Shown here piece after piece: positions 18,167 to 27,958 of a stretch of DNA of 64,000 bases. Positions within the stretch are counted from its first letter, which is position 1. Each line of letters opens with the position of its first letter. The position numbers were made by a program, and so were the translations under genes. The stretch is from Flavobacteriaceae bacterium (lineage in GTDB: Bacteria; Bacteroidota; Bacteroidia; Flavobacteriales; Flavobacteriaceae), in the NCBI GenBank assembly GCA_947488595.1, contig CANKZI010000006.1, positions 11,268-75,267 on the forward strand, in the 5' to 3' direction. A model generated the notes under the pieces. The model was not told where the DNA came from, did not search any database, and worked only from the letters and a program-made list of their open reading frames with translations.

Positions 18167-18706
18167 TTGATTACACTTAAAGGAAAAAATATTTATTTAC
18201 GCGCACTTGAACCCAACGATTTGGAGTTTGTGTATGCCATAGAAAACGACGAAAGTATCTGGGAAATTAGTCATACGCATACTCCTTACAGCCGATTTCT
18301 GGTCCGTCAATACCTTGAAAACGCCCATCAAGACATTTATGAAGCCAAGCAATTGCGGCTTGCGATTTGTGAATTTGATGATGATTTGGCTATTGGATTA
18401 ATTGATTTATTTGAATTTGATCCCAAAAACAATAGGGCAGGAGTTGGAATTTTAATAAAAGACACCAAAGATCGAAATCAAGGCATCGGAACAGAAGCAT
18501 TACAATTGTTAATCAATTATGCTTTTCACCATTTAAATTTAAACCAACTTTTTGCAAATATTGATACTGAAAACGAAGGAAGTTTGAAGCTTTTTACTAA
18601 ATTTGGTTTTCAAAAAATCGGAACAAAAAAGCAATGGAATTTAGTCAATGGCAAGTACAAGGACGAAGTTTTATTACAGTTATTACATCATCAATCATCT
18701 ATTTAG
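18167..18706 (+). CDS. GNAT family N-acetyltransferase (RimJ/RimL-like)
   Basis: Acetyl-CoA binding pattern RNQGIGTEAL. TTG start. Confidence 0.8.
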   Translation: MITLKGKNIYLRALEPNDLEFVYAIENDESIWEISHTHTPYSRFLVRQYLENAHQDIYEAKQLRLAICEFDDDLAIGLIDLFEFDPKNNRAGVGILIKDTKDRNQGIGTEALQLLINYAFHHLNLNQLFANIDTENEGSLKLFTKFGFQKIGTKKQWNLVNGKYKDEVLLQLLHHQSSI

Positions 18707-18710
18707 TATT

Positions 18711-19751
18711 ATGAAGATAAAAAAAATTGCTACCATTTTTGCCGTAGTTTTAGTCACAGTGGCTTCTGTTTATGGTTATGTACTTTACCGACAGATTTTT
18801 TCATCCAATACCAATTTCGACAAAAATGATATCTTCGTTTACATTCCAACCGATGCCAATTTTGATAATGTTATGGTGATTATGAAACCTTATATAAAAG
18901 ACTTGGAACGTTTTAAAATGGTGGCCGAAAAAAAATCTTACGTAACCAACGTAAAATCGGGTAAATTTTTGCTCAAAAAAGACATGAATAGTAATGCAAT
19001 TATCAATGCTTTACGCCAAAATGTTGCAGTAGATTTAGCTTTTAACAACCAAGAAAGACTTGAGGATTTTGCAGGTCGTATAGGTTCGCAGATTGAGGCC
19101 GATAGTTTGTCGTTACTAAATGCTTTTAGGGACAAAAAATTTTTAAAAGAAAATGGTTTTACCGAAGAAAATGTTTTGAGTTTATTTATTCCGAATTCTT
19201 ATGAGTTTTTTTGGAATGTCAATGCAGAGAAATTTCGTGATAGAATGGCAAAAGAATACCGCAATTTTTGGAATTCTGAACGTCTTGCAAAGGCAGAAAA
19301 GCTCAATTTAACGCCGCTTCAAGTGTCTGCACTGGCTTCAATTGTTCACAAAGAAACGGTCAAGCGAGATGAAAGACCAAAAGTAGCTGGTGTTTATCTA
19401 AATCGTTTGGCAACCGAAATGAAATTAGAAGCCGATCCTACAGTGATTTATGCCGTAAAGAAAAATTCAGGAAATTTCAATCAAGTAATAAAAAGGGTTT
19501 TGTATAAAGATTTAGAAACCGATTCACCATACAATACCTACAAATATAAAGGATTGCCACCAGGTCCTATTGCCATGCCCGATATTACTGCTTTAGATGC
19601 TGTCTTGAATCCCGAAAAACACAATTACATTTATTTTTGTGCCAGTGTAACTAACTTTGGTTATCACGAATTTGCGGTCACGCCTGCACAACACGAAGTC
19701 AATCGCCAAAAATATGTAGCTTGGGTAAACCGTCAAGGTATAAAAAGATAA
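18711..19751 (+). CDS. mltG: endolytic murein transglycosylase MltG (YceG-like)
   Basis: N-terminal TM anchor and a YceG core (LEADPTVIYA, LPPGPIAMP). The ATG at 18711 is preferred because the listed start overlaps the GNAT gene. Confidence 0.88.
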   Translation: MKIKKIATIFAVVLVTVASVYGYVLYRQIFSSNTNFDKNDIFVYIPTDANFDNVMVIMKPYIKDLERFKMVAEKKSYVTNVKSGKFLLKKDMNSNAIINALRQNVAVDLAFNNQERLEDFAGRIGSQIEADSLSLLNAFRDKKFLKENGFTEENVLSLFIPNSYEFFWNVNAEKFRDRMAKEYRNFWNSERLAKAEKLNLTPLQVSALASIVHKETVKRDERPKVAGVYLNRLATEMKLEADPTVIYAVKKNSGNFNQVIKRVLYKDLETDSPYNTYKYKGLPPGPIAMPDITALDAVLNPEKHNYIYFCASVTNFGYHEFAVTPAQHEVNRQKYVAWVNRQGIKR

Positions 19752-19754
19752 CAA

Positions 19755-20672
19755 TTGAAATCGATTCGCTATTTTTTATCTTTTTTGTTGCTCATTTTTG
19801 TTCAAGAAATTGGATTTTCACAAAACATCAGGTCCTTCCTAGAACCCGCTGATACGTTGCAAATTCCAAGAAGAAATTTGGTTATAGGTTCAGAATTAGT
19901 TTTGGGAACAAGTACTTTGATTGGTTTGGGTACGGTTTGGTACGATGATTATCCAAAATCTGATTTTCATTTTATCAATGACAATGCCGAATGGTTACAA
20001 ATGGACAAAGTGGGTCATGTATTTTCTTCGTATCACATTGGAAGATTTGGTGCTGAATTACTACAGTGGAGTGGTGCCAATAAGAAAAGTCAATTGGTTT
20101 ATGGTGCGACATTGGGTTTTGCTTTTTTAACCGTTGTCGAAGTTTTTGATGGCTATTCAGCAGAATGGGGTGCTTCTTGGGGCGATGTAATTGCCAATGC
20201 TTCAGGAACAGCGCTGTACGTTTCTCAGGAGTTGCTTTGGAAAGAGCAACGCATTATACCCAAGTTTTCATTTCATTATTCACCTTATGCTGCTGCCAGA
20301 CCTGCAGTTTTAGGAAGTACCCGCAGTGAACAAATATTAAAAGATTATAATGGGCAAACCTATTGGTTGTCGGTCAATATGCATTCTTTCGCAAAAGCAT
20401 CAAAAATTCCAAAATGGCTCAATGTGGCAGCAGGTTATGGTGCCGAAGGAATGATTACAGGAAAAGACCAATTGGTCAACACTGTTTTTTTTCCTGAAAA
20501 GACCAGAATCAGACAATTTTATTTGAGTTTTGACATCGATTTGTCTAAAATTGAAACCAAATCCAACACATTAAAGACGCTTTTTTCAATTTTCAATACT
20601 ATTAAAATTCCCGCTCCTACCTTTGAAATCAACGAACGAGGAAAAGCCAATTGGTATCTTTTTTACTTTTAG
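19755..20672 (+). CDS. DUF2279 family protein (predicted outer-membrane/lipoprotein)
   Basis: Signal peptide plus WYDDYP...FHFINDNAEWLQMDKVGH pattern typical of DUF2279. TTG start. Confidence 0.7.
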   Translation: MKSIRYFLSFLLLIFVQEIGFSQNIRSFLEPADTLQIPRRNLVIGSELVLGTSTLIGLGTVWYDDYPKSDFHFINDNAEWLQMDKVGHVFSSYHIGRFGAELLQWSGANKKSQLVYGATLGFAFLTVVEVFDGYSAEWGASWGDVIANASGTALYVSQELLWKEQRIIPKFSFHYSPYAAARPAVLGSTRSEQILKDYNGQTYWLSVNMHSFAKASKIPKWLNVAAGYGAEGMITGKDQLVNTVFFPEKTRIRQFYLSFDIDLSKIETKSNTLKTLFSIFNTIKIPAPTFEINERGKANWYLFYF

Positions 20673-20769
20673 AAAACATTAACGTATTGATAGTCAGGTT
20701 TGTATTTTTTATTGTATATTTGGAACGTAGAAATTTCTCGATGTGACAGGTGGAGAAGAAAAGCAAATT

Positions 20770-21405
20770 ATGATAAAAAAATGGATATTTTACACTAGCA
20801 TCGCATTAATTGTAACTTTTATTACCTCTGGTTTTAGAGCCATACCCAACAAAAATCGATCTTGGTTTTATAATACAAAAGACGAAGATTTACCTCTTTT
20901 ATTTCCTTCGCAACAGGCATCAGACTATCCTGCATCGACTGTTTTATTCACAGGAAAATCATTTACGGGATTCAAAGAAGCAATCGCCTTTAAAGAATCA
21001 CAAGGACAATACAAATTAATTAATACTTTAGGATATATGGGCAAATACCAATTCGGTACAGATGCTCTGCGTGCTATTGGTATCAACAATAAATCTAATT
21101 TTTTGAACAGTCCACAATTACAAGAAAAAGCTTTTGAAACTTTATTGTCTAAAAACAAGTGGGAATTAAGATCAGAAATTGAAAAATATGAAGGCAAAAT
21201 AGTTGCAGGTATTATAATTACTGAATCAGGGCTTTTAGCGGCTGCACATCTTGGTGGTGCAGGATCGGTAAAAAAGTTTTTGAAAAGTAATGGCAAACGT
21301 TTTATAACCGATGGTTATGGAACTTCATTGCGAAGCTATATAAAACGCTACTCCGGTTATGATACTACACATATTGTTGCCAATGATAATGCAAGCGTAA
21401 ACTAA
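20770..21405 (+). CDS. hypothetical membrane-anchored protein, possibly lysozyme/lytic-transglycosylase-like
   Basis: N-terminal TM helix. The FKESQG...GYMGKYQFG pattern is reminiscent of the SLT catalytic Glu plus G-x-M-Q-F motif. This assignment is weak. Confidence 0.45.
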   Translation: MIKKWIFYTSIALIVTFITSGFRAIPNKNRSWFYNTKDEDLPLLFPSQQASDYPASTVLFTGKSFTGFKEAIAFKESQGQYKLINTLGYMGKYQFGTDALRAIGINNKSNFLNSPQLQEKAFETLLSKNKWELRSEIEKYEGKIVAGIIITESGLLAAAHLGGAGSVKKFLKSNGKRFITDGYGTSLRSYIKRYSGYDTTHIVANDNASVN

Positions 21406-21426
21406 TAAAAAGTAAAAAATAATAAA

Positions 21427-21451
21427 ACTGCCCAATTGAGGCAGTTTTTTT
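21427..21451. terminator. bidirectional hairpin terminator
   Basis: ACTGCC-CAATTGA-GGCAGT is followed by T7 and preceded by A4. It sits between convergent genes. Confidence 0.75.
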
Positions 21452-21480
21452 GTACTAGTTGTTACTAGAAATGGTTGGAA

Positions 21481-22203
21481 TTACATTTTATGAATAATAA
21501 AAATGGTAGGTCGATTGTGCAAATCAATATTGGCTTTTTTCCAATCTGCTGCACGCATAGTTTTGATGTATTCTCCTGGCAAAGTGATATCTGTTGCAAT
21601 ACATAAATACGTTGAAGGCTGCAATGCTTGCAAAATATCTTCAAGCATTTTATTGTTTCGGTAAGGTGTTTCGATAAAAATTTGCGATTGATTTCTATCA
21701 TTTGATAATTTTTCCAAATTTTTTATCGATGTCTTTTTCTCCGATTTATCGATGGGCAAATATCCATTGAAAGCAAAACTTTGTCCGTTCATTCCAGATG
21801 CCATTACTGCCAACAATATAGATGATGGACCTACTAAAGGAATCACTTGAATTCCTTTTTCGTGAGCAATTTTTACAATAACTGCACCAGGATCGGCAAC
21901 GCCAGGGCAGCCTGCTTCGCTCATAAGTCCAATATTTTTTCCTTCAAGGCAAGGCTGAATCATTTTTGCATGTTCAGAAATCTCCGTATGCTTGTTCAGT
22001 GATGAAAGACGTAACGACGATTGTACTTTTTCGGGATGGATACTTTTGATGAATTTGCGAGCGGTTTTTTCGTTTTCAACAATATAATCGTCAATAAAAT
22101 CAATTGCTCTTTTTACGGTTTGCGGCAAAACGTCCATAGGATCGGAATCGCCCAATGTAGTTGGAATTAAATAGAGTTTACCTAAAAAAGAAATGGGTTT
22201 CAT
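21481..22203 (-). CDS. tetrapyrrole-methylase-fold SAM-dependent methyltransferase (RsmI-like)
   Basis: The LMSEAGCPGVADPG motif is typical of the RsmI/YraL family. Length is 240 aa. Confidence 0.75.
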   Translation of the reverse strand: MKPISFLGKLYLIPTTLGDSDPMDVLPQTVKRAIDFIDDYIVENEKTARKFIKSIHPEKVQSSLRLSSLNKHTEISEHAKMIQPCLEGKNIGLMSEAGCPGVADPGAVIVKIAHEKGIQVIPLVGPSSILLAVMASGMNGQSFAFNGYLPIDKSEKKTSIKNLEKLSNDRNQSQIFIETPYRNNKMLEDILQALQPSTYLCIATDITLPGEYIKTMRAADWKKANIDLHNRPTIFIIHKM

Positions 22204-22673
22204 TATTTTTTGTGTGTTGCAATGAGTTTTGCTGCAATCAATTCACAAGTTTCGTTCAGCATTTCATAAACACTAATAAAACCATTTTCCAAACCAAAAT
22301 AGGGATCTGGAACGTCAACATTTTCTCCAGGAAAAAGCAAATCAAGAATAAGACTTACTTTTTGCTTAGCTGTTTCATTTGGTGCCAATCGAAGTACGTC
22401 TCTTAAATTACTATGGTCCATTACAAAAATATAATCATAAAAAGCATAATCATCTTTTTTAAATTGGCGTGCAAGTTGAGTCGAAATGTCAAGACCATTT
22501 TTTTTTGCAATGTTTATAGAACGCGTATCAGGTTGTTTGCCAATATGATAATTACCAGTTCCAGCCGAGTCGACTTTGAATTGATCTTTTGGTAACTTGG
22601 AAGCCAATATTCCCTCTGCCAAAGGAGAGCGACAAATATTACCAAGGCAAACCATTAAAATCTTGACTGGCAT
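22203..22673 (-). CDS. low-molecular-weight protein-tyrosine phosphatase
   Basis: P-loop CLGNICRSP (C-x5-R-S). The start is taken at the ATG at 22673 (MPVKILMV). The listed extension would run into dnaA. Confidence 0.88.
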   Translation of the reverse strand: MPVKILMVCLGNICRSPLAEGILASKLPKDQFKVDSAGTGNYHIGKQPDTRSINIAKKNGLDISTQLARQFKKDDYAFYDYIFVMDHSNLRDVLRLAPNETAKQKVSLILDLLFPGENVDVPDPYFGLENGFISVYEMLNETCELIAAKLIATHKK

Positions 22674-22674
22674 T

Positions 22675-24102
22675 TTAGAGAGATAATTTTTTGTGAATAT
22701 CATCCACAAATTTTTTAAACTGTTTGTCTGTCGAAACCAAATTATCAACTGTTTTACAAGCATGTAAAACAGTGGCATGATCCCTGTCGCCAATTTGAGA
22801 GCCAATGTTGGCTAACGAAGCTTTGGTAAATTTTTTCGCAAAAAACATAGCCAATTGTCGGGCTTGTACAACATGGCGTTTTCTGGTTTTGGATTGTAAA
22901 GTGTCGATGTCTAGTTGAAAATAATCGGAAACTACTTTTTGTATATAATCAATAGAAATTTCGCGTTTTACATTCTTGACAAATTTTTCGACCACTTGTT
23001 TGGCCAAATCTAATGTCACTTCTTTTTTGTTGAACGAAGATTGTGCTATCAACGAAATAATTGCGCCTTCGAGTTCTCTTACATTTGATTTGATATTGCG
23101 GGCAACATATTCAATAATCTCTTCAGGAATTTCGACGCCATCGCGGTACAAGATATTCTTTAATATAGAAATCCTTGTTTCATAATCAGGTTGGTGCAAT
23201 TCTGCAGACAATCCCCATTTGAAACGTGATAATAAACGCTGCTCAATATCTTGCATGTCAACAGGAGCCTTGTCTGAAGTCAAGATTACCTGCTTTCCGT
23301 TTTGGTGCAAGTAGTTAAAAATGTGAAAAAACACATCCTGAGTACCTGTTTTTCCTGATAAAAACTGAACATCATCAATAATTAATACATCGATTAATTG
23401 ATAAAAATGAATGAAATCGTTGCGGTTGTTCTTTTTTACAGAATCGATGTATTGCTGTGTAAAAATTTCTGCCGAAATATACAAAACGGTTTTCTCGGGA
23501 TATTTGTCTTTAATTTCGACACCAATGGCATGCGCCAAATGGGTTTTTCCAAGACCAACACCTCCAAAAATCAACAATGGATTAAATGAGGTACCACCAG
23601 GTTTATTGGCAACGGCCATACCTGCTGAACGCGCTAATCTGTTTGAATCACCTTCTAAAAAATTATCAAAACTGTAATTGGCGTTGAGTTGGGATTCGAT
23701 TTTTAAATTTCGTATGCCAGGAATCACAAATGGATTTTTTAATTCGGGATTCAAATTTTTAAATGGCGCATCCACTTCTTGCGCTTTCATCGGAGCGCGA
23801 TGCGCACTAGGCAATTGTTCTGTAAAAGGTTGTTTATTGCCGTAAGTGTTTTCCATTTTGATTTTATAGAGTAACTTTGCATTTTTCCCGAGTTCTTTAG
23901 TAAGTGCAACTTTCAATAATTTAACATAGTGTTCCTCGAGCCATTCATAAAAAAATTTACTCGGCACTTGAATGTATAATGCATTGTCCGTCAACTCAAC
24001 TGACTTAATCGGTTCAAACCAAGTTTTGTATGCTTGATCTTGGATGTTATCTTTTATAAACAGAAGACAATTTTCCCATACTGATTGAGCAGTTTTGTTC
24101 AT
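22675..24102 (-). CDS. dnaA: chromosomal replication initiator protein DnaA
   Basis: AAA+ Walker A (GGVGLGKTHL), Walker B (IIDDVQF) and the C-terminal DnaA-box binding helix (RQLAMFFAKKFT). Confidence 0.97.
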   Translation of the reverse strand: MNKTAQSVWENCLLFIKDNIQDQAYKTWFEPIKSVELTDNALYIQVPSKFFYEWLEEHYVKLLKVALTKELGKNAKLLYKIKMENTYGNKQPFTEQLPSAHRAPMKAQEVDAPFKNLNPELKNPFVIPGIRNLKIESQLNANYSFDNFLEGDSNRLARSAGMAVANKPGGTSFNPLLIFGGVGLGKTHLAHAIGVEIKDKYPEKTVLYISAEIFTQQYIDSVKKNNRNDFIHFYQLIDVLIIDDVQFLSGKTGTQDVFFHIFNYLHQNGKQVILTSDKAPVDMQDIEQRLLSRFKWGLSAELHQPDYETRISILKNILYRDGVEIPEEIIEYVARNIKSNVRELEGAIISLIAQSSFNKKEVTLDLAKQVVEKFVKNVKREISIDYIQKVVSDYFQLDIDTLQSKTRKRHVVQARQLAMFFAKKFTKASLANIGSQIGDRDHATVLHACKTVDNLVSTDKQFKKFVDDIHKKLSL

Positions 24103-24298
24103 AGATTCTATTAAATTATTTTTGTTTGTTAAAGGTTATCTTACAAATTTGAGGTGTAAAATATGCTATTATTCGGGAGAACAAATATGTGTACAAAATT
24201 CTTTAAAAAAAAATAAAAAGGTGTTGATTTTATAAAAAAAAAATCGTAAGAAATATTTAGCTAATACTATATTAATATAAAAATAACATAAAAAACAC

Positions 24299-24706
24299 AT
24301 GAAAGCACACCAATATCAAGTTCGCGTACGTTATTCAGAAACCGACCAAATGGGGGTTGTTTATCACGGAAATTATGCCCAATATTTTGAGATGGGACGG
24401 GTCGAATGGCTCAGAAACCTTGGTATTTCCTACAAATGGATGGAAGAAAATGGCATCATGCTTCCTGTGGTTGCTTTGAACATCAATTATAAAAAACCAG
24501 CTCGTTATGATGATTTATTATTGGTCAAAACTATTTTTAAAAGCCAGCAGTCTGTTAAGATAGAATTTGATTATGAAATATACAATGATAATAATGAGTT
24601 GTTAACAATTGGGAACTCAATTTTGGTTTTTGTTGATATGAAATCGGGTCGTCCTATACTTCCTCCAACATATATTTTAGAGAAACTTTCAAGTATTGAT
24701 AACTAA
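24299..24706 (+). CDS. YbgC/4HBT-type acyl-CoA thioesterase
   Basis: Hotdog-fold signature RVRYSETDQMGVVYHGNY near the N-terminus. Length is 135 aa. Confidence 0.85.
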   Translation: MKAHQYQVRVRYSETDQMGVVYHGNYAQYFEMGRVEWLRNLGISYKWMEENGIMLPVVALNINYKKPARYDDLLLVKTIFKSQQSVKIEFDYEIYNDNNELLTIGNSILVFVDMKSGRPILPPTYILEKLSSIDN

Positions 24707-24722
24707 ATGAAACTTATGTTAA

Positions 24723-25334
24723 TTATTCTATAATTTTTATATCAATTTCAAACATCAAATTGAATATTTCGAAAATCATAGGTGCATTTTTTTTGCGTAT
24801 TTTGACCTCGATTTCACAATTACTATTCATTTTTTGGTGTACTATTTCAATGTTTTTTTCTTTAATTGTGCGCATGACTTTATTCATATTTTTATAGTCA
24901 AATGTTATTTGATAATGAATATCAATTGTTTTTTCGATAATTTCGGAGGCCATCAAGGTCATTTGGGCTGTGGTTTTATATGCAGTTATCAATCCGCCCA
25001 CGCCTAATTTTATACCACCAAAATACCTTACTACAACAATTAAAACATTAGTGATACCAAATGATTGAATCTGACCATATATCGGCATTCCTGCACTGTT
25101 GCTCGGTTCACCATCATCATTGGCGCGAAAATAAATTTTTTCGGTGCCAATTTGATAAGCATAACACCAATGTCTTGCGCTGTGATGCTGTTTTTTTAAT
25201 TTCTCGATAATTACTTTTACTTCTTCATCTGATGAAATGGGATAGGAGTAGCCAAAAAATTTACTATTTTTTTCTTTAAAGAGAATATCTTCGGTCGCAA
25301 AAGCAATGGTCTTATAGATATCGATATTGTCCAA
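24723..25334 (-). CDS. yigZ: YigZ / IMPACT family protein (UPF0029)
   Basis: KNSKF...ARHWCYAY...DDGEPSNSAG...VVVRYFGGIKLG pattern. Confidence 0.85.
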   Translation of the reverse strand: MDNIDIYKTIAFATEDILFKEKNSKFFGYSYPISSDEEVKVIIEKLKKQHHSARHWCYAYQIGTEKIYFRANDDGEPSNSAGMPIYGQIQSFGITNVLIVVVRYFGGIKLGVGGLITAYKTTAQMTLMASEIIEKTIDIHYQITFDYKNMNKVMRTIKEKNIEIVHQKMNSNCEIEVKIRKKNAPMIFEIFNLMFEIDIKIIE

Positions 25335-25339
25335 ATGCT

Positions 25340-25951
25340 TTAAAGTAATTTTTTATCGAACAAATCGACCACATCTTCTTCGCCCACTTTTAAATTCCAA
25401 ACTTGAAGTCCGACAGCTAAAGCAGCATCGGTATTTTCTTTTTTATCGTCAACAAACAAAGTACGTTTCGGAGATAAATCGTGTTTTTTTATGATGTAAT
25501 TAAAAATCGATTCATCAGGTTTTCTTAAACCCATTTCATACGAATAATAGACTTTTTCAAAACATTGGTAAAAAGCGCTAAAAAACGAAACGCCTACTTT
25601 GTCTTCAAAATTTTCGATGTGAATCAAGTCGGTGTTGGTTAGTAAAAACAAACGGTATTTGGACGATAACAGCTGTAAAAACTCCAATCGGTACAACGGA
25701 AATTCACCAATAACGCTATTCCAAGCATTTTTAATTTGGTCAATACTCGCATTTGGAATGAACTTTTGAAAACCTTCTATGAATTTTGTCTCCGTAATTT
25801 TTCCGACTTCAAAAGCATAATTCAAGTTCAATAATTCATCATTTGGTCCTTCAAGCCCTAATTTTTTAAATTCATTCACTGAGCCTTCTTTATCCAAATT
25901 GATAAATACATCTCCAAAATCAAAAATAATAGTGTTAATCATTGTTCTCAA
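25340..25951 (-). CDS. HAD superfamily hydrolase (subfamily IA-like)
   Basis: N-terminal IIFDFGDV motif I and the late FVDDKKEN motif. Confidence 0.8.
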   Translation of the reverse strand: MRTMINTIIFDFGDVFINLDKEGSVNEFKKLGLEGPNDELLNLNYAFEVGKITETKFIEGFQKFIPNASIDQIKNAWNSVIGEFPLYRLEFLQLLSSKYRLFLLTNTDLIHIENFEDKVGVSFFSAFYQCFEKVYYSYEMGLRKPDESIFNYIIKKHDLSPKRTLFVDDKKENTDAALAVGLQVWNLKVGEEDVVDLFDKKLL

Positions 25952-26942
25952 AAATTAAAAGTTCATCGTCAAAAATTTTGATTTTCTGAAAGTAATCTGC
26001 ATTCAAAATCGGTGCTTTTGTTCCTTCATGCAAGAAAATTGGACCCTTAAAAACCCTTGCTTCATCCCACAATCCTTCAGAAATAAAAGTTTGTAATGTT
26101 TGTCTTCCACCTTCAATAATCACCGATTGTATTTCGTTTTCAAACAATACATTCGCAATTTGAAACGCAATTTTTTTGCTAAAATCAATTCTTGTTTCCG
26201 AAATGATAATAGTTTTTGCTTGATTATCAAATATATGACTTTCTTTCGGAATTCGGTTGTTCTTGTCGATAACTATTCTAATTGGGTTTTTTCCTGTCCA
26301 ATCTCGAACCGTTAACTTTGGATTGTCATCAACAACTGTTTGTGTTCCAACCAAAATAGATGCTACTTCGGTACGCCATTTGTGTACCAATTGCCTGGAA
26401 AAAACATTTGTAATCCAAACCGGTTTTTTTTTGGTTTTGGTTTTTGGCCCAATAAATCCATCCTGACTTTCGGCCCATTTCAAAATAATATATGGCCGCT
26501 TTTTTTGATGAAATGTAAAAAAATGTTTGTTTATGGCAATACATTCTGCTTCGAGAATGCCGGTTGTGACCTTTATGCCGGCTGCAAGTAATTTTTTTAT
26601 TCCATTACCGGCTACTTCCGCAAATGGATCAATAGTTCCAATAACGACGTGTGGAATCTGATGTTTAATAATTAAATCGCTACAAGGCGGCGTTTTTCCG
26701 AAATGACTGCAAGGCTCTAAACTGACATAAAGTGTCGCTTTTTGCAGTAATGATTTGTCTGTTACAGCATTTATAGCGTTGACTTCGGCATGTGAACCGC
26801 CATATGCAGCAGTAAAACCTTCGCCAATAATAGTGTTATTATAAACTATTACGGCACCAACTGAGGGATTGGGCTTTGCTGCCGACAATCCATTTTTGGC
26901 CAAAAATAAACAACGTTCGATGTATTTTTCATGTATATTCAC
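25935..26942 (-). CDS. ribD: bifunctional riboflavin biosynthesis deaminase/reductase RibD
   Basis: Deaminase zinc motifs HAEVNAI and PCSHFGKTPPC, plus a C-terminal reductase domain. Confidence 0.93.
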   Translation of the reverse strand: MNIHEKYIERCLFLAKNGLSAAKPNPSVGAVIVYNNTIIGEGFTAAYGGSHAEVNAINAVTDKSLLQKATLYVSLEPCSHFGKTPPCSDLIIKHQIPHVVIGTIDPFAEVAGNGIKKLLAAGIKVTTGILEAECIAINKHFFTFHQKKRPYIILKWAESQDGFIGPKTKTKKKPVWITNVFSRQLVHKWRTEVASILVGTQTVVDDNPKLTVRDWTGKNPIRIVIDKNNRIPKESHIFDNQAKTIIISETRIDFSKKIAFQIANVLFENEIQSVIIEGGRQTLQTFISEGLWDEARVFKGPIFLHEGTKAPILNADYFQKIKIFDDELLIFENND

Positions 26943-27065
26943 ACGGCAAAAATACTACTTTTATATTTTCAAAGTATAACGTTGATAATTCCTGGTTATA
27001 AATTGTGATATTCAACAATAATAATAAAAGGATTGATGCTATTTGTATGATTAAATTAAAAAACA

Positions 27066-27914
27066 ATGAAGATTATAGAGTACCGCCTTTTTTTTATTGA
27101 ATCGCTTGCAACAATTTATGATGTTTTGGAAGTCGAAAATTTTTTTTATTTGGTTTTAGAAAATAAGAATAATTTAAAGAGAATCGACTTGGCTTTGCAA
27201 CGTGATTTGACTTTTACAGCATTTGAAATTAATATTTGGAATGAAATTTTAGAACAATTGCGCGCTCAAATTCCGATTCAATATATACTAGGAAGCACGC
27301 ATTTTTATGATATGGTATTTGATGTCAATAAAAATGTACTGATTCCAAGACCCGAAACCGAAGAATTAATTGATTGGATTATAAAATGCAATTCGAATTG
27401 TAGCGGTTTGAAAGTACTTGATATAGGAACTGGAAGCGGTTGTATTGCAATTGCATTGGCAAAAAATCTAAGTAATAGTGCCGTTTTTGCAATAGATGTG
27501 TCTAAAAAAGCACTGGCTACAGCCGAATTGAACGCGAAAAAAAATGAAGTCAATGTTACTTTTATTGAAAAAAATATTTTAAACACAAGTGATTTGGAAA
27601 TGCAATTTGACATTATTGTTTCTAATCCGCCTTATGTTCGCAATCTTGAAAAGGGTAATATGCAAAAAAACGTTTTAGAAAATGAACCGCATTTAGCTTT
27701 GTTTGTTGACGATGAAGATCCATTGGTTTTTTATTGTAAAATAGCGGATTTGGCTAAAAGAAGTTTATCAAAAAACGGACAATTGTATTTTGAAATTAAC
27801 CAATATTTAGGAGATGACATGATTTTTTTATTACAAAATAAAGGATTTAAAAACGTCGCATTGCGCAGGGATATTTATGGCAGTCACCGAATGATAAAGG
27901 CAATTAGGGGTTGA
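27066..27914 (+). CDS. prmC: release factor glutamine N5-methyltransferase PrmC
   Basis: SAM motif DIGTGSGCIA and catalytic NPPY. Confidence 0.9.
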   Translation: MKIIEYRLFFIESLATIYDVLEVENFFYLVLENKNNLKRIDLALQRDLTFTAFEINIWNEILEQLRAQIPIQYILGSTHFYDMVFDVNKNVLIPRPETEELIDWIIKCNSNCSGLKVLDIGTGSGCIAIALAKNLSNSAVFAIDVSKKALATAELNAKKNEVNVTFIEKNILNTSDLEMQFDIIVSNPPYVRNLEKGNMQKNVLENEPHLALFVDDEDPLVFYCKIADLAKRSLSKNGQLYFEINQYLGDDMIFLLQNKGFKNVALRRDIYGSHRMIKAIRG

Positions 27915-27958
27915 TTTTTTTTAGGATTTTGCGATTTAAAATCTAACATCAGTGGCAA

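Noticed and set aside
22700-22708. TCATCCACA, a one-mismatch DnaA box.
   Set aside because: It lies inside the 3' end of the dnaA coding sequence, where it encodes part of ...VDDIHK... It is a single isolated copy, most likely coincidental.
24103-24298. Possible oriC in the AT-rich 196-bp region upstream of dnaA.
   Set aside because: I found no 9-mer within one mismatch of TTATCCACA/TGTGGATAA in the spacer. The best match is TGTGTACAA, with 2 mismatches. A-tracts alone are not evidence. An Ori-Finder or GC-skew analysis of the whole chromosome would be needed.
26943-27065. Looked for an FMN riboswitch upstream of ribD.
   Set aside because: The 123-bp spacer is AT-rich and lacks the GC-rich conserved FMN-element core. 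There is no convincing multi-stem structure.
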